A stretch of 63,044 bases of DNA, filler included, from Guillardia theta CCMP2712 (taxonomy: Eukaryota; Protista; Cryptophyta), in the NCBI RefSeq assembly GCF_000315625.1. It is 3 parts of 3 records of this genome, joined end to end, with 100 filler letters (N's around TTAATTAATTAA, not from the genome) between each part and the next. Parts side by side here need not be neighbours in the genome. Positions count along the whole stretch, not along the records: positions 1 to 30,618 come from NW_005434650.1; 2 more parts are not named here. One strand, written 5' to 3'. The position numbers were made by a program, and so were the translations under genes. The notes beneath the pieces were generated by a model, which ran no database searches, was not told the DNA's origin, and worked only from the letters and a program-made list of their open reading frames with translations. Numbering within the stretch: the first letter of the stretch is position 1; the number at the start of each line of letters is the position of its first letter. Of the stretch, positions 14,918 through 27,723 are shown piece after piece.

Positions 14918-17809
14918 CTACATGGGGCCATGTCGCATCCTCTTCTCAGGATCGTTCTCGCCTCCTCCTCCTCCTCCTCCTCCTGCGCCTCCCTGTTGCC
15001 CGCCACCCGCGCCTGCGCTCACGAGGAAGTCGATGGCATGCCTCTTGCCAAGCTGATCCCCAGGAAGGCGTTGATCTGAAAGCGCAACAGCGTCAGCGTG
15101 CTAACTCTACAGCAGGGGGAGAGCTCCCTTACCGTAGTTCCCGAACCCTTGCATCATGCGCTGTTGTTGGAGCAGCTGGTCTTGCATTCGCCTTTGCTGC
15201 TGCATCATGTCCTACCCCACAATCAGCAGCCTCCAGGTCACTCCTCCCACATCATCACCTGGGACATTCCTCCCTGGGCTCCTTGACCTGGTTGACCAGG
15301 TTGCTGAGGGCGCTGGCGTCCGAAGCCTCCCTGATCGAAACCACCCTGCTGCCCCTGCCAGCCCATGGAGGCCGGACCAGCTCCCATCCCACCTCCTGCT
15401 CCAGCTTCATCAACCGAGCGCAATCAGGCGCAGGGTCTTCTCACCTTGGGGATAACCAGCCATGTGTTGGAATCCTCCAGGGCCACCCCCTGGCATCCCT
15501 GCATAGCCTTGCATGCCCCAGCCGCCCATTCCGCCGCCACCGCGGGCATCCTGATGGAACGTCAACAACAAGAAAAGGTTCGAGCAAAGCTCAGCACCTG
15601 CATCATCCTGGCTGAGCCAGCATGATCTGGCCCACCAGCACCATGGCGATCCTCGAAATCGTCGCCATGGTCAAATGCCTCGCCGTCTTCATCCTTACCT
15701 GCAGGAAAACTATCAGAGGCAACGAACTATGATAGACATAATCAGAGAATCAACTTACCGCGGCCGAGGCCTCCGCCGACATTCATGCCAGGTTGTTGAC
15801 CCGTTATCATCATCCTCTGCTGCATCATCGCGTCTTGCATGTGCTGCAATGCCATGCCTCCTGGTGGTCCTCCGTAGGAACCTTGCGGAGGGCCCATTCC
15901 CATCGGATTGCCGATGTCACCGCCAGGCATGGCACCTCTGGCACGTGCCATATTTTGAACTTTTTGCAGCACCGATGCCGCATTCGCAGCAGCTTGGGCT
16001 TCAGCTTGCGCCATGAGGGCAGATCTTTGTGCCTCTTGCTGTTGGCGCAAAATCGCATCAACGCCTGCAGGAAAACCTCCACCAGCTCCAGGTGGAGGTC
16101 CAGGAGGTCCACCGCCAATCGGTGGGGCTGGAGCACGTTCCCCTCCCATGCCACCATGCATTTCAAGTCCTCCAGGGGCATTACCCATCTGATTCATTCC
16201 AGCTGGAGCCATTCCTGGCCCTCCAGGATTGATTGATGGCTGAAGCAGAACAGATTCATCCCTGACAAGGTAGGAAGGATTGATCGTCAATCGGAGCTTC
16301 ATGGTCAACACATTGACAGCCTCGGAGCGAAGAGCAGCACGGGAAGCATCGTCCTCAGCGGTATTGATCTTGCTCTGCAACATAGCAACAGTTTTGTTTA
16401 CGCTCGCCAACTTACGATGAGGCCATCGACTGATGCCATGCCTTCTGCAAATCTTCTTGATCGCGGACATACACATTCCTAATGCCTCAGCTGCCTCGTT
16501 GATCGAGATGTGAAAGTACTGAGCCAGCTCTTCATACCACAGTGGCCGAGTGTAAGTTCGAAAATCATTCTTGTATTGCTCCGGGATTGTGATCATGATA
16601 CAGCTTGTATCAGTAGCTGATTCGATATGTGCTGTGATGCTCGGTGAAGTCTGGAACATTTTCATGTAGGATGCAGCGAATGTATCTCCTTCCTTGAACG
16701 AGCACATGCGATAAGTACTTCCTTCTGCATGGGTCTTCACGCACATGTCCACTCTGCCGTGGATTACAACATACCAAATATTGCTCGGATAGCTGTGATC
16801 TGATCCTTGCATAACAATTTGATTCTTCTTGAACTGAGTATGTTGCATTGTCTTGCAAAGGTCAAGACGCTGAGCATTGGTAATGTATTTGAAGAAATGA
16901 ATTCCCTTGCTGAATTTCGTAATTTGCTCCATCTGATCTTCGCTCCTATCATTTGGGAGAGATTCAAGAGCAGCCTAAAGAAGTCTTAGCTCATTCTACA
17001 AAACAAAGCGAATCTGCACGAACCTGGCAACGCTGCCAAGCTTTGCTGGCTCCCGTCTTGGAGGGAGCCACATCAATCACGCTCGGGTCTCCAGGAACGA
17101 ATCTCAAAGAAGTATCCATATGACTACAGAAAAAACATGAGCATTCTGATTACCATTTACATTTTCACGATACCTTCTGGCAAAAGTGGTGATGAGAACC
17201 TCGTTGGCTATGGCAATACAAGTTTGCTCCATTTGAGGGTTCGCAGGCAAGGCATAACGCGAGTAGAAGATACATACAGCCAACACTGTGGGGAGGAAAT
17301 CGGTCATAAAATGCTTCGGAAACTTTCGAACAAAATCACCTCTTGAGTCCTTGCAAAGGGGTACGGCAAAGGCTGCCTTCAACTCTGTCTGGAGCGCCAG
17401 CTCTGCACGAAGAAAGGCCGTGGTAGGAAGAACTGAAACGTCCTCATGCCACTGCAAGGAACTAAGTCCATGTCCTCAGCGCAAATGCGTGTCTACCTCT
17501 GTACATCCTGACTTCCACACACGTCCCGCCACGCTCACGTTCGGAGGAAAGTAAAAATTCAAACTTGCCCTATGGAAATCTGCAGCTCCCGTGGTAGAGC
17601 AAAAGCTTGCACCACTCTGTTTGTAAACTTCGTGTAAGAACCGTGAAAGACCAGCCCGCATACAATACCTGCACCAAGCAAGCATTCCCTGATGGGCGTA
17701 AAGCCTCTCCATGCACAAAATCGCATCGCTGGCACACACCCATTAGCACAGCCTGTAATACAGAGCGAAGCTCTGCTTCCATGTTTGCCATGTTGATGTT
17801 ATTTGCCAT
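14918..17809 (-). CDS. RWP-RK transcription factor with N-terminal NLP/NIT2-like GAF domain, central cyclic-nucleotide-binding-like domain and G/Q/M-rich tail
   Basis: RWP-RK: LWYEELAQYFHISINEAAEALGMCMSAIKKICRRHGISRWPHRKLASV (~16400-16545). GAF-like: FHRASLNFYFPPNVSVAGRVWKSGCTE-WHEDVSVLPTTAFLRAELALQTELKAAFAVPL-VLAVCIFYS (~17250-17580). CNB-like: IHFFKYITNAQRLDLCKTMQHTQFKKNQIV..WYVVIHGRVDM..FKEGDTF (~16580-16900). Stop TAG at 14918-14920. Confidence 0.88.
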
Positions 17810-18479
17810 CTACACTCGCCGAATTCAATTATGGCGAATGTGAAGGCTTCTCAGAAATGGCCAGTCTCAGCCCTTTGTCGCTTACTTTCACTTAACGTTT
17901 GTGAACCAGACACGATCACGCGTATCTAAAACACAAGTTAGACCAATCAGAAAGCGCGATCAGTCAGGGGCAGAGATGCGAGTACATCGAGAAATTCAAA
18001 TTTTGATGTAAAGTGGGGAAAGGATCCCCATCGAATGCGACTCATAACCACACTCGAAGCCAAGAAAGCCACCACGATTATTCTCACTTCTGCTGGACTA
18101 TGCAAAAAAGAAGATCTCCCATGGAAACCCATGCACATCCCAAAATCCCTGACAACGAAGATTCAAATTCTAACCTTACTATTACTGCTTTCATGCTATG
18201 GAACACCACAACAGATCCTACCCAACAATGATGCAAACAATTGCCTTGTAACTTCTCTTTTCCAGATCCCCCTTCTCCTGCCCTGAGCATCCCACAAGAC
18301 TGTCGGTCAGAGTCAAGCACGCATGCGACCCATCAAGTCGCCCACCATGCCGCTCTCATCCAAACTTGCTGGTTTCGCCCAGGCCACCTGGAGCGCATCC
18401 GTAGTTGGCGTGTCCCCGCTGGTGGATATAATGTTTTTACACGCCAACTCTTGTCTTCTCGAGACCGCCTCTTTTTGCT

Positions 18480-19400
18480 TTCCTCTCATACCCCACCCTT
18501 ACACCTCACCCTCATGACCCTCACCCCACATTTGAATCCACCCACCTCATCATCCTGAAGGGATCTGATCAACACCGGTATTTTTTGACCATTCGACGTA
18601 TTGATTCTGTATGTACCCCTATGTATATATTGTTCTCAAGGATAATTCTGGGGTATCTAGCACCACCCCTTTAGAGCAAGCACTTCTTGTTCTCACCACC
18701 CGTAGTAAATGTACTAATGTCATAGACGGTGGGTACGACGCCAGCGATGAGGACGAAAATTACTTGAGCAGGTAGGGTAGTTTTTAAGAAGAACACATCG
18801 TTTGAATTTTGGTACCAGCAATTTGTAACGATTGTACCAAGTCAGGTACAAATTAAATCATTTTCATTTAATGATACTAATTTGACCATTGAAGGTACAA
18901 TTGAGAGTAATATAGATAGTACCATATTTCCCGTTTCTTTGTACCAAAAGACGTATCAGCTTGTAAATGGTCAACTAATGAATTAAAGTTTTGATTCTAT
19001 GGGATGAAACTTGGTACAAATTAGCACCCACAATCGCTACCCTGTTCCTTAAAAGTCTGTACCACTGATGGTTTAAAACTAAAAGTTTTATCCCGTTTGA
19101 AACTGGACAGGGGTTTGGAGTGGATTGTAGTCAAAAATGGGGTGGTACAACAAAATAGACCCTTCCAAACTAGGGGAAATTCAGGGGTACCTATAGAAAA
19201 TTGATCTTTGGCGGGGTGGGTCTTTGTACCCACCCTTGCTTCACGGGGCCAGAAAGGAGCTGTTTTCCAAGCAGACAAAAATTAATATACCCCGAGTGGG
19301 TTACCCATGTAAGAGGAACCCCCACCCCCAACCTGCTAGTAAAACCTGGTCTCAAGTACCCACTCCTAACCTCAACTACTTGAGGACCACCGGTCCAGAG
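18480..19400. other. ACCCC/GGGGT-rich intergenic block C with GTAC cluster
   Basis: ACCCC/GGGGT motifs at both ends and 15 GTAC cores counted between 18613 and 19359. Confidence 0.65.
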
Positions 19401-19679
19401 CATGGTGTTAAACCAAGACGAGTGAAACGTTGCGAGGACACGTGCATCAAACTTGAAATGAATCAGTTTTATTTCCAAATTTTCCATAATAATTTCAATG
19501 GACGAAAGGTCATCCTTTCAACTCTCAAACATTGTCTTTTCGCAATTTCGACACCCTCTTGTAAAATTTCGAAATTTGAATCGTGCCGTCGTCCGCCTTC
19601 GACACAATCTACATCACATCGTCTCAATATTTCAAATTTTCTCTCAACATTTTACTAACATTGATAAACTTCAAACGCA

Positions 19680-20070
19680 ACACTGAGGAGAGGACTCAGT
19701 GACTCCGAGGCTCGCGCCCGGCCGGCCGGGCCCTGCCTCAACTGCGGCCCAGCGGCCCGGACCCGCCGCCCGATAAGGGCCATGACGACGCCGGTCCCGC
19801 CGGATCCGATCGGGCGGCCGCGTCTGGCTGTCGCTGACCGCCACGGCCGGGGTCACCCCGTCTCTTCCGCCCGGCGGCACTGCGGCAGCCGCCACCGGGC
19901 CACCGTGTCTCCGACACTGAGCCAAGTAACGGTGCCGCGCAGTGCTACTAAGCCAGTGAGTCACGCCCGGCCGTGCCACGGTAACCGTCGGACCGTACTA
20001 CCGTAGGCATCAGCCCGAGTCGAACGAGTCAGGGCCCCGGGCCGGCGGGGCCCCTTAACTTTGAGGCCTG
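19680..20070. other. CCGG/GCCG-rich intergenic block
   Basis: Abrupt switch from the AT-rich 19460-19680 stretch to dense CCGG/CGGC/GGCCC words interspersed with ACTCAGTGACTC / GTGAGTCAC. Confidence 0.55.
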
Positions 20071-20410
20071 GACCTACTCCAAGCAGAACTAAACCCGGGG
20101 TTGCAGTAGTGTTTGTGGCTGGATGAGGATAGAGAAGTTGAGAGGCGAGAGCGAAGCCTGACTCTCATGCTCCTTGTGCTCTTGTTCCGGGAACACAACT
20201 TGCTGACTGCTGCTGTAGTCACCGGTGCTATGATGAGGCCAGCCTCGACAATCCGCCGAAGGCAGACTGCGTGAAGGAGTTCTGCTGTAGAGAATCACAG
20301 CTGAGCCAGGGTTAGTTGTCTAAAGTGGCTCGAGTCTGTGTCACAAAGGTTTGAGTTCAGAGCTTTGATAAGTGTGATGATACCTTTGACCTTGGGTTGA
20401 AGCTTTCATT

Positions 20411-23400
20411 ATGTATCAACCCCAGCAGCTTCTGCTAGTGCCACCCAACGCTTGTTTGGGCGCAATCTGGTTGCTTCTGGGATTCTTCGTGCAACCTCAT
20501 GTGACGTTTTCGTGCCCATTGTCGACTTCTACCAGTTCAGCGATATGTATTGCAAATGGCTGGAATGCTTATCCTTTTATTCAATCTTCATATTCTCCAT
20601 ATTGCTATTGTCCTTTCGATCCAGGTACAGCCCCCTTCTCATCAGCCAAATTTGATGGTTATCAGTACTACGTGACCTGCCCCTTGTGCTTCTCTGATTC
20701 AAGATTGTACGAGGATTACAATGCACTGCAAGATTGCCAGTGGCCTCCATACCTCCAGTACCATCCATATTCGGCCGCCGCCAGCAAGCTGAACGAGATG
20801 TACGACAGCTTGAATGGGGACCTCTGGCTTCGCAATGACAACTGGAAGAGCTCTCTCTCTGTCTGCTCATGGTACGGGATCACATGTCGAGAATCTTCTG
20901 ATGGTACGGGATCACATGTCGCCATCGTCGGGATTCAGCTCAGTGGCAACAACCTTCAAGGCGTCATCCCACACGATCTAGGGTTGTCGTTCCCCTTCTT
21001 GCAAGTGCTCGACATGTCGTTCAACAAGATAACAGGGTTTATTCCCGTAGAGCTGACCTGTATGCCCTCACTGGTGAAGTTGATACTGAACGACAACCGA
21101 TTGCAAGGCTCTATCCCAGACTTCTCCAGCTGCCAATTTCTCGAAGAGGTGAAGTAGCGATACCTTTGAACCAAGGTGATAGTTTGTCTCAGATTAACCT
21201 GCGATCTAATCTCCTATCTGGAACTTTATCCCTGTCAAACCTACCCTCCACATTGAATCAAAATCCAACGAAGATCATTGTGAGCCGGAATTTCATTCAG
21301 AGCATTGTTCCAGGGCTCTGGGCTTTTTTGCCGAACTCTCTGCGATACCTGGACTTTGCAGACAATCTTGTGTATGGTAACCCGTACCTTCACCTTGCCG
21401 CGAATACACTTGCCTGACATGGTTCAAGGAAATATTCCTTCGATTCTTCTCAAGAGCTCGTCGCTAAGGAAGAATAATCAAACAGAATCCTGCTCCTGAC
21501 GATTTTCGCCAGTTTTCTCTATGGGCAGAACAACCTCTTAGTTGGGCCAATTCCCTCTCTTGATGAGCAAAACAAGTAATTGCATTGCTGCCACATCGTC
21601 AACCTTGAGTAATTTTTATTCTCACAACAGCTTCAAACAGATTGATTTTTCAGGTAATCCCTTGTCAGGAGAACTTCCAGCTTCCTTTGCTTACCTCTGG
21701 GGTGATGAACAAGTAAGACAAATCTGATCACCATAGCGCATACCTCCTCCACCTTTCTGTGCTCAGCTAAGTTGCCTTTGTCAGGTTTCTGCTGATGTTT
21801 CTATCCCCACAGCGCCTGTTGATCTGCTTCTGGATTTGTCTGGTTCTTGCATATCTGGTAATGTTTCAGATGCTCTATCAAGAATACAGCAGAAAGTGCA
21901 TTTCGCAAATTGTTCTCTCGAAAACGAAAGATTAAGAAGCAAGTACAACATTCAGACGTTGATCCAGATGACAAATTGTCAAACGAATGTCATTTGCCTC
22001 GAATATGAAAGCAATACTTCTGGTGCTTCTTCTCTTGCGAACTTTTCTCTCTGTAGCAATTCTTCAAATTATACAAACTGTAGCCAAACAGCCCCTGCCT
22101 TGAACTCGACTGGAAAATGCAAGCAGTTCGTGAACGTTAGCTTGACAGGAGCAACTTCATATGTTTGTGAATCATATGCTGCTTTTGAGAACGTCGCAAG
22201 AATCTGGGGTTGGTGGTCAGGCCGGGTGAACCTTCAAGGAACAATGATAACTTTGGATGACTGTCATAAATTGGAAACAAGACAATCAAAAGGGCTTTCA
22301 GTCTATTGTCCTGAACAAGATTATGGTCAAGGACCGGTATATGAGCAGTCGGTGCCTTTAAAGCAAGGTTTCAGTCGTTCCATTGCTCTAAAAACTGGGT
22401 ATGGGAACTGTTCTTGGATAAACCTCAGTCCCTTGTCACCTTCGATCGCAGGAAGCATTGTGTCGTGTGCATGGAAGGAAGTGAATGTCGAACCTCCCTT
22501 AACCCTCATTCCAAGATACATCTTAGCCATTCCAATTCACCGTGTCTGCCCCGACAGCTCGTTTTGCAATCCTCTGACGATACACTGGAGATGTTTCAAA
22601 GGAAACGCCAAGCCTGGCAGGGATTACCTCCCCAGCAGCGGGCAGATCTCCTGGCCGGCCAACGTGCAGGGGATTCGGTACGCTTTTGTCAGTGTGCGTC
22701 TGACAGGTCGACTCCCCTACCCGGTCTACTTCTCTCTCGTCATCGCTCCCAGCGTTGGGTCGGCCTGCGGGTCTGCATGTTCCTTTGCGAGCGAGTGCGA
22801 CGCATCCCTCGTTTGCAAAGACACTTGGACTTTGGCGGAATATTCTCAATTCGATGTCGAGCCCAGTCGCTGCTTGAACAGCTGCACATGCAGCTTGCCG
22901 ACAGGCAACTTGACGAAGCCTGCCAGCTGCTCGGGCGTGGAGCCACTCTCCAACCAGAACATCTTGATCCCGTCAAGCAAGGCTCTGACCACCGTGCGGA
23001 TCTCGCGATGTTACAAGTCGTCACCAGCAGCAGGAGCGTGTCTCCCGGACGAGCTTCACCCTTGCGGTGACGGCTACCGACACGTGAACGAGGAATGTGA
23101 TGACGGGAACACTGTAGACGGCGACGGATGTTCTGCTCAGTGCGCAGTAGAGGACTTCTACTCCTGCGTGGGAGGAACCTCGACGTCTCAAGATCGATGC
23201 AGCTTCAATAGCCCAGGCCTCTTGTCGCCCATCGAGTGGTTGAACACGCAGGGGGCCTTGAGGGCTGGTCAGCTATATCAAAATATTCAGTGGGCTGATG
23301 AAATGTTTTGGAACTATAATGTGTATGGACAACCTGTGGCTCAAGCCATCGGCTGCCTTGTTGATCCAAACTCTCCCTTCACGCTCAACATGCCTGCGAG

Positions 23401-25956
23401 CCCTTTCATAAGCACCTCTCCTGCCAATTGCGCTCGCATCGCTTCACTGCTGGGATATGCTGGTTTCTGTCGACAGGTATCCTTTGATTGACTCTTGGTA
23501 TTGATCTAAACATTGCTGTTGTCAGTATGCAGGGCAATGCTACACCCAGAGAGATTTCATATTCACAGTGTCTTCATTGAAACCTTCTAACACTTGTGTT
23601 GGAAATAGCGGCGGGGAAGGTTCCATGTATTGCTATTACGTCAGCTACCACACGTCGTCATTGTACTTCGTACAGCAGCATGATCCCTGCCAGATTCCGG
23701 GATATTGCTCTCCCATCGGAATCTGCGACAGCAACCTTGCCTCGGTCCCGATACAAGTCTCTTGCACTTGCAATCAAAGTTTGTCCTTTGGAAATGGAGA
23801 GTTTTGCTCCATCCATGAGACTCAGAATGTGTGAACTTTGCTTGCTCCTGTTGCTTCGGCCAACTCATCTTCTGTCTAGCTCAACTGCCATGGGGCGTCT
23901 AGCATCTGGTCCAGCGGGATCTGCTTCTTCCTAGCGTCAGAGTCGATCCAATACGGTTCAGGTGCGGTAGAGTCAACCAGAAGCTCTATAACGAATCGTC
24001 ACAGCTTCAAGTGTCTGCGCTGCAGAGGGGGCGAACGTGGCTTCTATTCTCTCAGCAACACAGGTATCTCCTCCCTCCCTCTTCTCGACATCACCCTGGA
24101 TTTCAGAATTCTGCTGCTTCCAGTTTGCTACCATTTGGACAGAGTGCGTGGATAGGTTATGTGAAGGAAGGAGCTGCCTTCGACTGGACTCAATCTTCTC
24201 TAACTCCTCAGATTCAGGTTTGCTTCGTGTTGAGAAAGTCTCACGACTGATCGTCACCAGGTCCTCTCCTCGACCTATACAGCATGGGCAGGAGGAGAGG
24301 TCTTGTCGACCTTGCGATGACTTGCCATCCTTGAACTTGTTGCACCAGCCCATTCACAACGGAAGTTGCACGGTACTGCACGCGACGGGCGAGTGGGTGG
24401 TGCAGGAGTGCAACGAGACCAGCCGGACCCTCTGCGCCTTCCAATTTCTCAACGCCGAGCGATGTGGCATGGAAAGTTTGGAGGAGGCTGGAGAGGATCT
24501 CCAGCTGACTCTCAGCTCGTGCAGGGGAGCACCTGCGACAAGAACGCGCTCTGCAGAGACCAGATCAACGGTTACACGTGCGAGTGCAAGAGGTGTTGCA
24601 TGCGTTACAAGGCTGTGCCATCGTCTGACCCTCCTCCAGTGGCTTCTCAGGCTCAGGGAATGCCGGAGCTCCCGAGGAGGTCACGGGGTCCCGGAACCAA
24701 GGAGTCTTCTTCAACGGGAGGTACTGCGCTGGCTCGCTCCTCCTCCCTTGTCTCAGTGTGTCCTCCCTCAGCCTCCCAGCCACAGCCATCCAGTACGCGA
24801 GGTTGGGCTATGCAGCTGCCGATCCCGATGCATGGCTGGACAGGCCGCATGCTATCCTGCAAGATGGTACATGATATCGGATATCACAACATGCGCTCTC
24901 CGTCCTACTGAAACTGGACCCAGGAGAATCGGTGTTTGTTCAAGTTGATCTTGGGAGGATTTTTCCAATCGGAAACATCAAGCTATACATGTACTGGCCA
25001 CAAGAACGAGCTTACAGCAACCTTTCGTTTGAGATATCTTCAACGGGAGAGTTCAACCTGGAACAGGCAATCCTGCAAATGTTGCAAGCTCAACTTTGTG
25101 TTCGCTGACACTCGCAACCTTATGGGCAGATCACCCTGTTTTCCTGCAACCTTTGGAAAGATTGTGGGATAGAGACATCCTCGGGGAGAACAGTCCAAGG
25201 ATACAACCTAGCAGCGAGATACGTCCGTGTTTACAGCGGGAGAAGGTGAGTGAGAATGGCTGGATGGTCGGAACGCGAGGCGATCATTTGACTGATCGCT
25301 CTTGCAGCAACCTAGACAACACCGTCAGGTTCCTCAGGCTCTCAGTGTTCACAAACGTCGGCGTCGCATGCGCGGCATGCCCTCTTGGAACGATCGGGAA
25401 GGCAGGGGAGCCCAACACCTGTCTCAGATGCAATCGCACAGAAGCAGCGGCGAATTGCTCTAGGCAGGACAACGCGAGTCAGACTGAGACTTCGACTTGC
25501 CTGCCGATAGCAAGTTGCTGGCAGGGACAAGGTAAGATGTACAACGGCACGTGCTTCAGGGTATTCGAGAATTCCTCGGGAGTGACGTGGAAGGAGGCGA
25601 ACGAAAGCTGCTGGCGCCATGGGGGGGAGCTGGGAATGGTCAAAGTGGCTCACGATCAGGATCTAATCAACAGCCTCATCCTCACTCCCGCCTGGCTCGG
25701 CTGGTCTGGCGAGCTTCGATACACGTCAGACACCTCCTGGGAACTGCTCAACTCCAGCTGGGTGGATGGGCAGTCAGCAAGCTCAGTGAGGTTGTCGGGG
25801 GTCTGCGACTTTCTGGAGTGCTCGGGCTCTTTCTCAACAGCTCAAGTTTGCGGCATGACGGCAAGGGGTGGCATGTTCCCTTCACTGTGCGATGCTTCTT
25901 TGAACGCCTACGTGTGTTTCAAGGTTGTTCCGAGCGAAACCTGTAGTGTACGATAA
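20411..25956 (+). CDS. Large secreted/surface protein: LRR + Calx-beta-like + Cys-rich repeat + EGF + C-type lectin domains (multi-exon)
   Basis: Signal-like N-terminus. LRR cap LNEMYDSLNGDLWLRNDNW..VCSWYGITC followed by plant-type LRRs (LSGNNLQGVIP, LDMSFNKITGFIP, LILNDNRLQGSIP). Calx-beta-like WRCFKGNAKPGRDYLPSSGQISW; CGDGYRHVNEECDDGNTVDGDGCSAQC; EGF CDKNALCRDQINGYTCECK; C-type lectin YNGTCFRVF..TWKEANESCWRHGGEL..AWLG..WVDG..CDASLNAYVC plus a second degenerate lectin domain at ~23880-24450. Confidence 0.8.
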
Positions 25957-26374
25957 AACCTGTGCGGCTAACAAGTAAGTCTTCATATCAAAACCTCCGG
26001 TGGACTTGTTTCTCACACTAGAACTTCTCTTGCAAACATCCTTTTACTGACCAAGCGCTTGAGGACAAACGAGAAGAAAGGAGATGAAAGTTCCAACATA
26101 GTTGCCACCTCTTGATATTCCTGCGGAGAGACAGGCGACTGGTTGTCTTCTAGCATCTTGTGCCAGGCATCCTGTTGTTGAGGAGTTGACAGAATCTAAC
26201 ATCAATGCTTGATAGAATGTATGGGCAGGAGTCCATGGCGATCACTGGAATGATCACAGCATGCGCTCTTCTCCCTACTCGCCTACACGTCTTGATGCTG
26301 CCTCACACGCCTACACGTCTTGCAGTCTTTTCGTCCTTGCCCAACGTTGTCAAGAAGCCGAGTAAAGATACTTA

Positions 26375-27020
26375 CAGTAGGGGTACTCTTCTGCTGGGAA
26401 GGAGGGGTGATCATGAAGTGATCAATAGGGGAGTAGGGGTACTGGAAGAGCTCATAGAGGGGGTGGGGGTTCCTGCCCAAAAAGGTACAGGCCATGGTCT
26501 GTAAAAGGTACCGAGATGGCTGTACGCCTATTAATGGGGGGTGATGGGGGCGATGAGAGGGTACCCCCAAATCAGGGGGTACTTTATATGTGAAAGAGGG
26601 GTAGGGGTGATTCTAGAACCCAGGCTAAGTGGTCGTATTTGAGGGGGTGGGGGTCAAACAGGATTAGTGACCCGAGGCGGACTTGCGGAGCTCAGTTGCG
26701 TGGGGTCCGTTGGCGAAGACAGGAGATATGAGGGGTGGGGGTATCAACGGACTTGTCCGATAGTGTAGAAAGAAGGGGTACTTGATAGTCATGTTTGGGG
26801 TCTGTGTTGGGAACGGTAGGGTACAAATTTTTATGTACACCACCCCCAAGGTACCAATGCATATCCTGCTTTGGAACCCCTTTCGAGGATACCCCCACCC
26901 CACCCTTTGTGTTCATATGAAGTGAAAAGCAAAAGGGTGGGTAGTCAGTGTGGCCGGGAGAGAGGAGGGCTGGGGAGTCCTTGCAGAGGTGGGTGGTGGA
27001 TGGGAAATGAGGGGGTGGGT
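26375..27020. other. GGGGT/ACCCC-rich intergenic block D
   Basis: Dense GGGGTA(C)/GGGGTG motifs, mostly on the + strand. Confidence 0.7.
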
Positions 27021-27723
27021 GCAGGTTGAATCGGTTTTCATGCGTTTTGACCCGGCGATGGGGAAGAAATGCTGACGGGGAGGGGGAGAAAGGGAAGAAG
27101 GAAGGGAGGGCTGATGAGAAAGGAATGAAGGGAGGAAGGGGTCAGAGAAGGACAAGGGTGAAAAAGAGAGGAGATTAGGATACCACGAGAGGGAGAAAGG
27201 AGGAGGGACAAAAGGTGGGGACGAGAGCGGAGGAGGAAGGAGGTACGCAGACGGGGACAGGGAATGAGAGTGGACAGTGGAGGGGAAAATGGAATTAGTT
27301 GTAAAGGAGAAATTGAAGGATGATATGATAGTGGTAAGAGGGCTGCAGTGCTGAATGTCGACAAAGGCAGCACTTAGTTGGGGCGAGGAATATCGAGAGG
27401 AGAGGATAAGTTTGAGCAGCGGGCAGCTAGAGGACGTGACAGTCGAGAATGAGAGAATGAGAGACCAAAGAGATGCAGGTCGTTTTTGACTAATGACCGA
27501 TGTGAGCTGTTTGGAGAGACTACATGTGTGTGTGTTCCCTTTCTCGATATGTTATGGAGCAACTGATCCCTATCGGTTTGCAGATTGAAATCAGATGCTT
27601 TCCATCCTGTCGCATGTCAGCTCTTCGACAATCCGACTCTACCAAATTGTTTGACGATCCTTGAACTCGTTTCAAGGAACTGCAAGTGTTAGCACGCTCT
27701 TGTCAAGGCCACCCTAGCTGATC

